A DNA stretch of 64,000 bases, from contig CAVVPE010000021.1 of the NCBI GenBank assembly GCA_963750035.1, forward strand, positions 10,795-74,794, written 5' to 3'. The translations under genes and the position numbers were made by a program. This document shows, piece after piece, positions 1 through 11,615 of this stretch. The stretch comes from an uncultured Acidobacteriota bacterium. GTDB taxonomy: Bacteria > Acidobacteriota > Vicinamibacteria > Vicinamibacterales > CAVVIG01. The stretch's first letter is position 1. Each line of letters opens with the position of its first letter. The notes under the pieces were generated by a model. The model did not search any database. It saw nothing but the letters and a program-made list of their open reading frames with translations, and had not been told where the DNA came from.

Positions 1-142
1 AGCGCTGCACCACGACGACGGCGTCGGCGCCCGCCTCGAGGAGCGCCTCGCTCCAGCCGGTCAACGTCGAGTACCGCTCGAGCAGCTCGTCGGGATCGGC
101 CAGCGTCGGGGCGAAGTCGAAATTGACGTGCAGGACGGTCAC
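1..142 (-). CDS. glycosyltransferase, N-terminal fragment running off the window start
   Basis: Reverse-strand translation from GTG 142-140 gives VTVLHVNFDFAPTLADPDELLERYSTLTGWSEALLEAGADAVVVVQR, a typical GT-B/GT4-like N-terminus. It is absent from the ORF track because it is open at the window edge. Confidence 0.4.
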   Translation of the reverse strand, partial: MTVLHVNFDFAPTLADPDELLERYSTLTGWSEALLEAGADAVVVVQR

Positions 143-1276
143 GGCCCCCCGTTGAACAAGGTGTGGAAGAATGGCCCGCGCGTGCGAATCGCCCTCGTCG
201 TGACCGGCGGCGTCGATCAGAGCGGCCGCGAAAAGGTGATTCCCGCCGTGCTCTGGCTGATCGAGCGGCTCGCCCGGCAGCACGACGTGTTCGTGTACGC
301 GCTTCGCTACCACGAGCAGCCTTGTTCGTATCCGCTGCTCGGCGCCATCGTCCGCGACCTCGGGCGACCGGCCGGCGCGGTGCGCCATACACCGCGCTCC
401 TGGCGGCGCTCAAGCACGACGGCCCCTTCGATGTGGTCCACGGATACTGGGCGCTTCCAGCCGGTCTCGCCGCGGCGGCCGCGGCGCGGCGCCTCGGCGT
501 CCCGTCGATCGTGACCTGCGACAGCGGGGAGTTCTCGGCCATCCCCGAGATCGACTACGGCCTTCAGATCAGGTGGCGCCAGCGCACGGCTGTTTCAGCC
601 GCGCTGAAGCTGGCGTCACGCGTCACCGTGTGCACGGCCTACATGGAGCGGCTGGCTCGCGCGCACGGCACGATACCCGTCGTGATCCCGCTGGGTGTCG
701 ACGGAAATGTCTTCACACCGCCGGCGCAGCCACCGGCCGGACCACCCTGGCGCCTGCTGAACGTCGCGAGCCTGAACCCGGTGAAGGATCATCGCACACT
801 CATCGAAGCCCTTCGCATCGTCGTCGATCAAGTGGGCGACGTCCATCTCGATCTGGCGGGCGAGGACACGATGCGGCGGCACGTTGCGCGATGCGGTCGC
901 GCGACTGGCAATCGACAATCGCGTCACGTTCCACGGCCCTCTCCCGAGCGACGAGGTCGCAGCGCTCTACCGCCGTGCGCACCTGTTCGTCCTGTCGTCA
1001 CGGCATGAGGCGGCCGGGGTCGTGGCGCTCGAAGCCGCGGCGTCATGCGTGCCGGTCGTCGGCACCTCGGTCGGCTATGTCGCCGACTGGACGCCGCACT
1101 CCGCGCGTGCGGTGCCGCCGGCAGATCCCCGCGGACTGGCCGATGCGATCGTCGGCTTGTTGAACGATCCCGCTGCCCGCCGGCGGCTGGCGTCCTCAGC
1201 CCACGATTGGGCTGTCGCCCACGATGCCGACTGGAGCGCCGCCGAGTTCACCCGGCTTTATGCCAGCCTTGTGTAG
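128..1276 (+). CDS. GT4-family (GT-B) glycosyltransferase, two apparent frameshifts
   Basis: Track ORFs 128..514, 163..1008 and 884..1276 concatenate into one protein: RVRIALVVTGG / DVVHGYWALPAG...IPLGVDGNVF...LNVASLNPVKDH / NRVTFHGPLPSDEVAALYRRAHLFVLSSRHEAAGVVALEAAASCVPVVGT (E-x7-E). Frame switches lie near 385 and at 874 (an extra c after atg 871-873 restores MGGTLRDAVARL). Likely start is GTG 182. Confidence 0.8.
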
Positions 1277-2501
1277 GGGCCACCAGACCGCCGCCTCGCC
1301 CAGCGCGAGACCGGCTGCCGCGCCTGTCGCGCCGAACGACGGGATCAGGACTGCGCACGCCGCCGCCTGCAGCGCGAGCGCGACGGCACTCCACCTCACC
1401 GCCACTGCCTCGAAGCCGGACGCATAGAAGTACACCTTCCGCCCGCTGTTCACGAGCGTGGGCACCAGCCCGATGCCGGTCCAGACGAGCGGCACGACGG
1501 CACCCTCAAAGCCCTCGCCGTAGGTCCACGACACGAGCGGCGCTGCGAACACGATCACGATCGACGCTGAGGCCAGCGCGAACGCCAGCAGCGCTCGATC
1601 GAACCGTGCCCGCACGGCGTCCGACGCGGCGCGCCGGGCTTCGTGCGACAGCACCGGCAGCGCGCCCGCAAACGCCGCCTGTGGCAGCATCCGCACCAGG
1701 CCGCCAAAGCGCGAGGCCACACCGAAGACCGCCACCGCCGCCGGCGCGGCGAGGAAGCCCAGAAGGACCGGCGCGATCCGCTGCTGGGCGTTCGCAATCA
1801 GACCTGCCGCCGCGAACGGCCACGCATCGCGCAGGGTTCGAACGATCGTGACTGGCGATGGCCATTGAATCCGCATCCGCATGCCGGCGACCCGCAACCA
1901 GAGCGCCCACCGCCGCCGCGAATTGCAGCGCCTGCACGGCCGCCGCGAGCAGGAGGAGATCGACAATGCCCCGACCGGCCTGCAGCAGCCACCACGCCCC
2001 AGCCCATTGCGCCAGCGCCCCGGTGGTCTCGATGCCGAGCGTCATCACGAGCGAGCGGGGCCACGCCCGGAAGACCGACGCCAGGCAGCCGTACGCCACT
2101 CCCCCGATGGCAATCAACGGCGCGATGCGGAGGCCCGCGGCCGTGGCGGCATCCGGCGAGAGAAGCGACGGCGCGACGACGAAGAGGAGCGCAAGCGGCA
2201 GCAGCACACCGAGCCGGACCACGAACGCGACCGCCACCGCCTGGCCGGTCGCTGGATCGTCGCGGGCCGCATCGCGCGTGAGCAGCACGCCGAACCCGAA
2301 GTCGACCACCGTGGTCAGGACCGCGGCCCACGCGGTGCAGAGCGTCCAGCGCCCGAAGTCCTCGACGCCGAGCGCGCGGGCGATCACGAGCGACGTGGCG
2401 AACGAAATGGCCGTGCGCGAGAGGTTCGAGGTGGCGAACGCCGCAGACATGCCCACCAGCCGGCCGTACGGCGTCGTGCCGACAGGGTGAAGCGCAGCCA
2501 T
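1196..2501 (-). CDS. Wzx/MOP-type polysaccharide flippase, one apparent frameshift near 1900
   Basis: ORF 1506..2942 read from internal ATG 2501 (MAALHPVGTTPYGRLVGMSAAFATSNLSRTAISFATSLVIARALGVEDFGRW...) joins ORF 1196..1966 (...TIVRTLRDAWPFAAAGLIANAQQRIAPVLLGFL...). The product is multi-TM and hydrophobic. ATG 2501-2499 shares one base with the upstream stop (TGATG). Confidence 0.75.
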
Positions 2502-3737
2502 CAGGACAGGCACTCCACGCCCGGTTCGGCGATCGGACAGCGCGCGATGGCGTGCGCGAGACGGCACGACACCAATCGCTCCGTCTCGTCGATGCTGACC
2601 GGCTGCGCACGCGTCCGCCGGGCCACGAACACCGCGGACAGCGACGGGCAGCCCAGCACGGGCCGGCCGCCCATCGTGACGAGCGCCACATCGCGTCGCG
2701 CGGATCGGACGAGCGCGTCGGCCGGGGTGGGCGCCAGGGGCGGAAGCACGACGAGGTCGGCGGGGAGCCCCGGCGCAATCCTGCCGGCATCCGGCAGCCT
2801 CAGGATCCTCGCGGCCGCTTCCGTGACCATGCGAAGCAGCTCGGTTGCCGAAATGCCTCGGGCGGCCGCGATCCGCAGCTCGTCGAGCAGGTCGCGCGAG
2901 CCGGTGACGCGCGAGTCGCTGCCGAGGCAGATGTGCCGCCACGCATGCCCGTTCGCATCCAGGTGCGCGCGGACCGGCAGCGGTGCGTCCGAACAGAAAA
3001 TCGTTCGACGCCGGACACCAGACGAGGCTCGCGCCGCGTTCCAGGACGCGCTGCCAATCCTCGGTCGGTCATGGCGACGCCGTGGACGATCACGGTGTTC
3101 GGCCGCAGGCAGCCGAGCTCTTCGAGCCGGGCGAGCTCCTCGGCCGCGGCCTCGTCGATGCCTTCGGCCGCGTGGACGATGAACGGCACGTCTGCCGGCG
3201 TCGACGAGGCACCGCTCGCGGACGTCGCCGCCCGGTTCGCCGCGTGCGCCGACCGGCTGCCGTTCGAGCGCGAACGAATGCGCCCACCCGTAGCGGCGCA
3301 GGACGCGGACCGGGAAGCTCCGGCCGATCTCGCGATAGAGCGGGTTGTGATGCGCGACGGTCGTCACGCCCGGCAAGCAGGTTCTTCAGACGCGCCGATG
3401 AACAGGCGTGCCGCCAGCGGGTGGGCGCTGTCCGGCGCGAATCGCCGGATCGTCTGCGCAGCGCCGGCCGCAGGTCGTCGATCCAGGCGGTGGCGTTGTC
3501 GTAGCGATCGCGCCGCTTCAGCCGGCCGTAGTGATTCAGCTCGAGGTGATCGTGCGCGTTGATCAGCCCGGGCAGCACGAACGCGCCGTCGAGATCGACG
3601 ACCATGTCGCCGCGTCGCGGCGGCGTCGCCGACTGACAGGATCCGCGAACCGAACCGCAGCGACGCCGCGACGCCCGTCGGCCGTCAGCGACGCGCGCGT
3701 TGACGAACGCGACCGGCTGCGCCCACGGCAGCATCAC
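2501..3737 (-). CDS. amidohydrolase-superfamily protein, at least 3 frame switches
   Basis: Fragments: ORF 3090..3737 (VVDLDGAFVLPGLINAHDHLELNHYG, metal-binding HxH), ORF 2800..3189 (FIVHAAEGIDEAAAEELARLEELGCLRPNTVIVHGVAMT), ORF 2501..3376 (HICLGSDSRVTGSRDLLDELRIAAARGISATELLRMVTEAAARILRL...GLPADLVVL). Confidence 0.7.
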
Positions 3738-4476
3738 TCGGCCCCGCTCGACGACGTCGAACGTCGAACGACGACGGCGCGCTGACCGGCGCGATGCCGG
3801 GCTTCACCGCGTGAAAGACCACGACGACCGGCGCGGGCCGATCGCGGATCCGCGGCTCGCGGATCGCGCGCACGGCGAGCGGCGACGCCTCGAGCGCCGC
3901 CAGGTGCTCGTCGATCGTGTGCGGAAAGTACGCCAGCTCGACGCGGCGGCCCGTCGGCGTCCGCGGAACGTGCGGCGCCAGCCGCTGCGCCGCCCACGAC
4001 GGATGGAAGTCCGAGTAGACGAGGTGCCCGCCGGGCGCGAGCACGCGCGCCGCCTCGCGCGACCCAGGCGCGCAGATCGTCGACGTCGCCGACCATCAGC
4101 GACGAGCAGACCAGATCGAACGCGGCGTCGCGGAACGGCAGCCGGCAGGCATCGCCGCAGACGCGCGGCGCGTCGCAGGCGGTCCGCGCGTCAGCATCGC
4201 GCAGCGACAGGTCGAGGCCGACGACGACGCGCGCGCCGGCCGACTGCGAGCAGCGGCAGATACCGGCCCGTGCCCGTGCCGACGTCGAGCGCGCGCGCGG
4301 CTGCGCGGCGTCGCGATGAGCGGCGCGACGATCGCCTGCTCGGCCTCCATCAGCGGGTTGTGCGGCCGCGGCGGATAGGTGTCGGCCCAGAGCGCGTAGG
4401 CCTCGCGCGCCGGCAGTGACTCGTGGCGTCGCGAGCGACCCGCAACCACGCGCGAGCCAGCGAATCGCCAGTGCAT
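3734..4476 (-). CDS. class I SAM-dependent methyltransferase, frameshifted
   Basis: ORF 4096..4476 (ESLPAREAYALWADTYPPRPHNPLMEAEQAIVAPLIA), ORF 3734..4096 and ORF 3685..4044 (LAPGGHLVYSDFHPSWAA...VELAYFPHTIDEHLAALEA...VVVVFHAVKPG). Stop TGA 3736-3734 overlaps the next start (GTGATG). Start ATG 4476 lies 1 nt after the upstream stop. Confidence 0.65.
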
Positions 4477-4477
4477 G

Positions 4478-5986
4478 TCAGAACCCCGTCGTTTCCGGCC
4501 GCTGGTAGTGCATCAAGCCGCTGCAGCGCGCGCAGCTCGTAGGGCGCGCGTGTACACCTTGCAGGGCGTACCGCCAGGCGCTCGACCGCCTTGAGCAGCG
4601 CGCGCCGACGCGCGCGTGAGCCGCCGGTCGGTGACCGTCGGATAGAACGCGTTCAGCACCCGCTCGAAGTTGCGGACCCGGCGGCGGATCGCGACCGTCC
4701 AGCCACGGGATGCCGTCGCCGCGGCGCATCATCAGCTGCCGCCACTCGTCCGACGCCCACTCGTCGAGCGTCTGCGGAAACGCGAAACCCGAGCCGCGAC
4801 GCCTCGGCGTACAGCGCGCCGTCCATCGGCACCGGCGTGTAGGTGTAGAGGATGATCTCGGTCGCCGGGTTCACGCGCTTGATCGCGCGGATGAACTCGA
4901 AGGTCTGCGCCATGTCGCCCAGCGGATCGGGCGGCGAGCCGAGGACGAACGAGAACTCCGGCACGACGCCGTAGCTCGCGCATCCGCCGCGCCAGCTCCA
5001 GCGTCGAGGCGCCGCCGAGGCCTTGCCGCCCTTGTTCATCGCCGCCAGCGTGGCGTCGGACGCCGACTCGGCGCCGGAGAACACCATCTTCAGGCCCGAC
5101 CGCGCCATCGCCTGCCACGTCGCGTCGCGAGTACTGCATCAGCGTGTCGACGCGGCCGAGCGCCCACCACGTGATGCCGAGCGGCGCAATGCGCTCGGCG
5201 AACTCCGCGTCGCGCGCTTCGGAGATGAAGAAGTCCATGTCGTGCATCTGCACCGCGTCGACGCCGGTAGCGCTGCGACGAGGTGCCGCAGCGACGCGCT
5301 CCATGCGCGCCGGCGACTGCGCCAGCCAGCGCCGGTTCGTCATCGCGACGACCGCGCAGAAGCTGCACGCGAACGGACAGCCGAACGACGAGTTGTGCGC
5401 GACCGTCCGGCGTGCCGAGGTAGGTCGGATGGAGGTAGCGCTCCATGTCGACGCGGTCGTACGGCAGATCCGGCAGATCGTCGAGCGGCGTCATCGGGCC
5501 CGGCGGGTTGTGGACGATCGCGGCCGTCCGCGTCCTTCCACGACAGGCCGGCGACCGCGGTCGAGCGACGCCGCCCGCTCGCGAGCGCGTCGAGCAGCTG
5601 CGAGGAGCGGCCGCTCGCCCTGCGAGCGGATCGACGAAGTCGACGAACGGCGAGCGCGAGCACCGTGTCGGCGTGCTGCGTCGGAAAGTAGCCGCCCCAG
5701 ACGATCGGCACGTCGCGGCAGCGCGCGCGCGCACCGCGCGGCAGACGGCGACCGCCTGCGTCAGCTGCGGCCCGGGCATCACGGTGACGGCGAGCAGCGC
5801 CAGGTCGCCGGCCCGGCGTCGGATCGCAGACGCCGCGATGATCTCCGCGGCGGATCGCGCGTCGACGTTGCCGTCGACGAGCGTCCACGGCTCGCGTCCC
5901 TCGAGCACCGCGGCCAGCGACAGCAGCGACAGCGGCAGCGGCTGCTTCCCTGGCGTCGTCGACAGCGGGTTGAAGAGGACGATCAT
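4478..5986 (-). CDS. B12-binding-domain radical SAM enzyme, many frame switches
   Basis: N-terminus MIVLFNPLSTTPGKQPLPLSLLSLAAVLEG (ORF 5090..5986). DVPIVWGGYFPTQHADTVL is in another frame. AHNSSFGCPFACSFCAVVAM (CxxxCxxC) is read from 5400-5341. ORF 4653..5108 gives GLKMVFSGAESASDATLAAMNKGGK...VPEFSFVLGSPPDPLGDMAQTFEFIRAIKRVNPATEIILYTYTPVP. Confidence 0.75.
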
Positions 5987-6915
5987 CGGGCCACCCAGAC
6001 GCCGAACGCCGCCGGCGCGCGCCCAGACGCCGACGCGCGCGAGCTGCGCGGCGCAGCCGCCACGCCAGCGGTCCGCGCGATCGGGACGAACCGGCCGCGA
6101 AGCCCGAGCGTTCGGCGACGCGCGCTCGAGCCGCGCGAACGTCAGGAACCCGACGCCCGGCGCGGATCGGCGTCGGCGAGCCCGTGCTCGGCCGCGAAGC
6201 GGCGCTGCTGGTCGTCGACCATCGCCTGCGCCGTCGCGCGTCGCGGCGGAACATCGGCGAGTCCATCACCGCCAGCGCGCCGCCCGGCGCGAGCATGCGG
6301 CGCGCCTCGCGCGAGCGTCGCCGCCGGATCGGTCGAGTAGTGCAGCGAGCCGTCGAACACGACGAGGTCGAACTGCGCGCGGCTCGAACGGCAGCGCGTC
6401 GAAGTCGGCCTGCACCGCCGGAAACGGCACCGGGTAGTGGCGGCACGCGCCCAGCCCATCGGCCTCGTCGTCCAGGCGATCGACGGCGACGACGCGGTGG
6501 CCGAGCGCCGCGAGCCGGTGCGACAGCCAGCCGCAGCCGGCGCCGAGATCGAGGACGCGCATCGGGCCGCGCCAGACCGCCGGCAAGCGCGTGCCGCTGC
6601 AGGTGCGCGTAGCTCTCGCGCCGGATCCGCCACTCGGCCGCCTGCGGATCGTCGGCGGCACCGACGGCAGCATCCGGTAGTAGTCGCGGCGCGTCGGCGC
6701 GATAGCCGTCGCGCTCGCGCACGAGCGCGGTACTGCGTCGACGAACGGCGTCGGCCGCGGCCGCGCGCGCGTCGCGCGTCAGGAAACCGGCAGATGCCGT
6801 CGCGCCGGCTCGAAGCGCCGTGCCGCAGTCGGCAGCAGCGCAGCACGGTCCGCCGGCTCGTCGACTCGGCCGCCGGCCGCCGGCATTCCGGACAGGCGAA
6901 CGCGGCATGCCACAT
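5983..6915 (-). CDS. SAM-dependent methyltransferase with N-terminal Trm112-like zinc ribbon, frameshifted
   Basis: ORF 6142..6915 (MWHAAFACPECRRP; FDLVVFDGSLHYSTDPAATL), ORF 6266..6673 (MRVLDLGAGCGWLSHRLAALGHRVVAVD, motif I), and MLAPGGALAVMDSPMF in the 5340..7211 frame. The last frame ends GVWVAR, with TGA 5985-5983 overlapping the next ATG (ATGA). Confidence 0.65.
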
Positions 6916-6922
6916 GTCGGCA

Positions 6923-7787
6923 TCAGCGCTCCTTGCTCAGCACGATCGAGAAAGTGATCGCCCCAGCGTGCCGAACCCCGGCCACGCGCCGACCGCGTCG
7001 TCGAGGCGCTCGAGCGCGCGCGACGAGCGCCGGATGGCGGTCGGCAAACGCCTGCAGGTACGGCGGCGGCACGAACAGGCCGAGCGCTCGCAGCGACACG
7101 CGCGTGAACCCGGCGCGCTCGAACACGCCGCTCGAACTCCGCCGGGCGTGTAGTACCGCGTCCAGACCGTGCGGCCGTTCGAGCGGCACCGGCGACGCAC
7201 GCCGCGCGCAAAGCGGATCGCGGCCCGCGGCCAGTCGCCGCGCGACGCGTACAGCGCGATCTCCCACGGGCACACCCGGCCGATGACCGACGCGACCAGC
7301 ACGCCGCCCGGCCGCAGGCGTCGCGCGATCAGCCGCGCTGCGCGCTGCGAGATCGGCGACGCAGTTGAGCGGGCCGAAGTTCGAGCAGGCGCGCGTCGAA
7401 CGCGCGCCGGCGCCAGCGCGATCGAGCTCGTGGATGCCGAGGTGATGGACGTCGACGCGATCCGCGCACGCCGCCTGCGCACGCGGCGGCGCGCCTCGTC
7501 CACCATCGCCGGCGACCAGTCGATCGCCGGTGACCCGGTAGCCGTGCGCGCGCGAGCGCCTCGGCGTCGGTGCCCGGACCGCAGCCGAGGTCGAGGACGT
7601 GCGACGCCGCGCGGCACGTGCGCGCTGCACCGCCGCGAGCGCTCGCCGCCGCATGCCGCACAAGCGTCGCGGTTCTCGGCGTTCGAGCGGTCGTAGCTCG
7701 GCCGCGACGCCGTCGAAGGCGCGCTGCGTGTCTCGGCAGCGGCCACGCGCTCGACTGCCACGGCGCGTTCCTCCAGCCGGTCTTCAT
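6923..7787 (-). CDS. class I SAM-dependent methyltransferase, frameshifted
   Basis: HVLDLGCGPGTDAEALA (ORF 7329..7796), IDWSPAMVDEARRRV and RLRPGGVLVASVIGRVCPWEIALYASRGDW (6937..8091 frame), SNFGPLNCVADL and the end GAITFSIVLSKER (ORF 6923..7663). ATG 7787-7785 overlaps the upstream stop (ATGA). Confidence 0.65.
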
Positions 7788-8812
7788 CGAGCACACGCAG
7801 CGGCCGCAGACCGGGTTGCGTGCCGACGTCGAGCGTCTGCGCGGAACGCCGGCAGGTTCGTCGCGCGACGATCGTCGCCAGCGGCGCCTCGCGGATGTTG
7901 CCGATCGGCTCGTGAAAGAAGCAGGGCCGCACGACGCCGTCCGCCTCGATCACGACCGACATCCACGGCGCGTTGCAGGCGACCGGCGGAAACGGCGCCG
8001 TCGCCGGCGAGCGCGGCGTAGTACTGCGGCAGCCGCCGCAGCTTCGTCCGGCGACTCGGCGACGAAGCCCGGACTCGAAGTCGTCGCGCATGCGTCGACG
8101 ATCGTCTGCTCGACGATCGCCGCGAACTCGGCGATCTCGCCGGCGGTCGAGCGCCAGACCGCCGCCGGCGTCGGCGCGCCGCGTCGCGGCCGAACGCCGG
8201 CGACGACACGTCGGCGGCGAGAAACGAGATGCCGTCGAGCGCCATCGCCCTCGCGTGATCGATGAGCCGCGGCAGCTCGCGGAAATTCAGCCGGTGCAGC
8301 GTCGCGCGCGCGGTGACCGGCACGTCCGGCGCGAGCCGGCGCAGCCGCGCGACCCCTCGCTCGACCAGTCGCCAGCGCCGCGACGCCGCGGACGGCGTGA
8401 TAGAGCGCTTCGGTCGACGGCGTCGAGCGACACGATGACGCGGGAGAACTGCCGCGGCCACGTCGGCGGCGCACCGCTCGAGCAGCACGCCGCTCGTCAG
8501 CAGGTGCAGCGTCATGCCCGTGCGCGCGGAACAGCCGCGCCGCGTCGAACACCTCCGGCCGCAGCAGCGGCTCGCCGCCCGAGAACACCACGAGCGCGCG
8601 TGCCGAGCGCCGGCAGCGCGTCGGCGAGCCGCTCGATCTCGTCGAGCGTCAGGTCGTCGGCGCCGCTGCGACTTCCACCAGTCGCACGACACGCAGCGGC
8701 TGTTGCAGCGGCTGGTCGGAAAGAAGACCAGCAGCGGCAGGACGAACGTCGGTTCGTCGACCTCGCCGAGCCGCACGAGCAGTCGCCGTCGGCGAGCGCC
8801 TCGATGCGTCAC
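7784..8812 (-). CDS. radical SAM enzyme with SPASM/twitch-type C-terminus, frameshifted
   Basis: FFPTSRCNSRCVSCDWWKS (CxxxCxxC, ORF 7784..8812), MVFSGGEPLLRPEVFDAARLFRAHG (ORF 7950..8591), ACNAPWMSVVIEADGVVRPCFFHEPIGNIREAPLATIV (6937..8091 frame), and NPVCGRCVCS in a third frame. Confidence 0.75.
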   Translation of the reverse strand: MTHRGARRRRLLVRLGEVDEPTFVLPLLVFFPTSRCNSRCVSCDWWKSQRRRRPDARRDRAARRRAAGARHARSWCSRAASRCCGRRCSTRRGCSARTGMTLHLLTSGVLLERCAADVAAAVLPRHRVARRRRPKRSITPSAASRRWRLVERGVARLRRLAPDVPVTARATLHRLNFRELPRLIDHARAMALDGISFLAADVSSPAFGRDAARRRRRRSGARPPARSPSSRRSSSRRSSTHARRLRVRASSPSRRTKLRRLPQYYAALAGDGAVSAGRLQRAVDVGRDRGGRRRAALLLSRADRQHPRGAAGDDRRATNLPAFRADARRRHATRSAAAACAR

Positions 8813-10362
8813 CGCGCTGATCCGCTCGGACGCACGGCCTGCCGGCTGCTCGCGGGGTCGACGGCAGCGTGGCGGGTGAGCGACCGGCGGCGGCGCGAGC
8901 CGTGTCAGCGCGCCAGGCGCCTGACGCGTGCAGCTGGCGAGCGCACGACGCGCGCGACGCCGTGCGCAGACCGCGGCGCCGCGGTCGCGCGACGCGACGT
9001 GCGCACGCGCCGAGCGCTTCGCGCGCGCGGAACTCGGCGTGCACGAGCGCGTGCAGCGCGCGGTAGAACTCCGGCGCGTAGGTCGCGCGATACATCATCG
9101 CGAGGTCGTTCGAGTCGACCCAGTTCTGCTTCTCGCCGAGCTGCGCCTTGACGCGCTCGTAGAACGGCGTGCCCGGCAGCGGATACGACACCGACACGCC
9201 GATGTCGTCCGGCCGGCAGTCGCGCACCATCTGCAGCGTCAGCTCGATGTCCTCGCGCGTCTCGCCCGGATAGCCGAACTGCAGGAAGAACCCGACCTCG
9301 ATGCCCGCCTCGTGCAGCCGGCGCGGCGCCTCGGCGATCTGCTCGACGCGCGTGCCCTTCTCCATCGCGTCGAGGATGCGCTGCGATCCCGACTCGGCGC
9401 CGATCCAGGCCGTCCGGCAGCCGGCGGCGCGCGAGCGCCGCGACGACGGCGTCGGATCACGCCGTCGGCGCGCAGCAGGCACTTGAACGGCACGCGCGCG
9501 CCGCGCGACGATCGCGAGTCGCGCGAACCGCTCGATCCAGCCCGGCTTGAGGCCGAAGATGTCGTCGGCGATCCAGAGATGGTCGGGCTGGTAGGTGCGC
9601 CTTCAGCCACGCGATCTCGTCGACGACGTGCTCGGGCGATCGGGCGGTGTAGCGCTGGCCGTAGATCGGCTTCGCGCACCAGTTGCAGTGATACGGGCAG
9701 CCGCGCGTCGTCGACGATGTTCATCGAGAAGTAGCCGTGGCGCCGCTGCCAGATCGCGCGATACCGCTCGACGTCGACGAGATCCCAGGCCGGCCGCGGC
9801 AGCGCGTCGAGATCGCGGATGATCTCGCGCGGCCGGCGTCCGGATGATGCGCGCCGTCGCGCGCTCGCGCAGCACGAGTCCGCGGCACGTCTTCGCAGCG
9901 ATCTGATCGCGTCCGCCCGCTGCAGCACGTCGAGCAGCTCGACGAGCGTCACCTCGCCTTCGCCCGACGACGACCGCGTCGGCGCCCGCGTCGAGGTACA
10001 GCTCCGGGTGGTCGCTCGCGTCCGAGCCGGCGACGATGACGGCGATGCCCCGCGTCGCGCGCCGCGTCGATCATCGTCAGCGCCGCCTGGCGCATGCGGA
10101 GCAGGCACATCTTGCTCAGGTAGTTGAAGTTGTCTTCGTAGATGACCGCGAAGCGCGGGCGATGCGCGATCGAGCGCCGCCGCCCACTCGGCCTCCGACT
10201 CCGCGAGCATCGCGTCGAAGAGCGCGACGCAGTAGCCGTGCGCGCGCACGGCAGGCCGCCGCGTACAGCGCGCCGAGCGGCGGGTACGGCTGCCGCGGCG
10301 TCCCAGAGCTTCGGGTCGAAGCGCAGGAAGTACGCCTGGCCGAAGAGGACGTCGGCGGTCAC
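8809..10362 (-). CDS. B12-binding-domain radical SAM enzyme (second copy), frameshifted
   Basis: ORF 9949..10362 (MTADVLFGQAYFLRFDPKLWDA...RFAVIYEDNFNYLSKMCLLRMRQAALTMIDAARDAG). TTRGCPYHCNWCAKPIY (CxxxCxxC) is read around 9715-9665. ORF 8649..9482 gives AWIGAESGSQRILDAMEKGTRVEQIAEA...GFFLQFGYPGETREDIELTLQMVRDCRPDDIGVSVSYPLPGTPFY. TGA 8811-8809 overlaps the next GTG (GTGA). Confidence 0.75.
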
Positions 10363-10368
10363 GGACGC

Positions 10369-11615
10369 TCACGGTGCTCGAGGTTCACTGGGTGCTCGGC
10401 GCGCTCGGGGTTCTGCGGCGACATGGGGACGGCCGACAGGCCGTCTCGACGGCCGCGTCCGCATAGCGGCACGGGTGCCGTGCCGCGCCGCCCGAGCGAC
10501 GTCTGGCGGTAGACCTCGAGCGTCTCGCGCGCGGCGCGCTCCCACGAGAACGTCGCGCGATCGCTGCAGGCCGAGCGCCGACAGGTGCTCGCGCCGCTCG
10601 CGGCTGCGCGCCAGGCGCGACCAGCGCCTCGCCGAGCGACGTCGGCTCGAGCGCGATCGACGTGCTCGACCGCGCCGCCCGCCGACTTCCGCCAGCGCCG
10701 GACGTCGCCCGGTGATGACCGGCGTGCCGCAGGCCATCGCTTCGATGACCGGCAGGCCGAACCCTTCGTAGATCGACGGGAACACGAACATCTCCGCCAG
10801 GCTGTAGAGCGCCGGCAGATCCTCGAACGGCACGTACCCGGTGAACCGGATCGCGTCCTCGACCTGCAGCCGCTCGATCCGGTCCTCGATGTCGCGGCTC
10901 AGCCAGCCGTACGGGCCGGCGCAGACGAGCTGATGCGGCAGATCGCCGCGACTTCCGCCGCTTGCGCGAACGCCTCGATCAGCTTCGGCAGGTTCTTCCG
11001 CGGCTCGATCGTGCCGACGTAGAGGATGAACGCGGTCGGCCAGGCCGTACCGCCGCCGCACGCGCTCGAGCTCGATCGAGATCGTGCACGCGGCGGAACG
11101 ACGGCGCCGCCGCCTCGTGGACGACGTGCACGCGCTCGGGCGGAGGCCGTAGAGGCGGACGATGTCGCGCTTGGCGCTCTGCGAGACCGTGATGATGGCG
11201 TCGGCGCGCCGCGCCGCGAGATCGACCAGCGGCCGGTTGAGCAGCACGCGCCGCGGCGGATGGTAGCGCGGGTAGAGCGTCAGGCTCATGTCGTGGATCG
11301 TCACGACCGTCGGCACCGGCGACGCCAGCGGCACCATCCCGTTGGTGAAGTGCACGACGTCCGGCCTGCATCGTGCCGCAGCAGCCGCGGCGCCAGCGTC
11401 TGCATCCAGACCATCCGCGGCGATCCGCCACGACGAGCGTCGCGATCCGCACGCTGCGACGGCAGCGGGCGCGTCGTGTCGACCGGCCGGTTCGAGATGA
11501 CGACGACTCGTCGTCGCCGGCCCTGCGCCGCGAGGTGGTGCAGCAGGTGCTCGGTGTAGTAGCCGACGCCGGTGCGGCCCGGCCGCAGCGTCGTGCCGTC
11601 AAATGCGATGCGCAT
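10369..11615 (-). CDS. GT4-family glycosyltransferase, frameshifted
   Basis: From ATG 11615 in the 11301..11999 frame (MRIAFDGTTLRPGRTGVGYYTEHLLHHLA), then ORF 10369..11355 (VVTIHDMSLTLYPRYHP...AIITVSQSAKRDIV...FVFPSIYEGFGLPVIEAMACGTPVITG, E-x7-E). Confidence 0.8.
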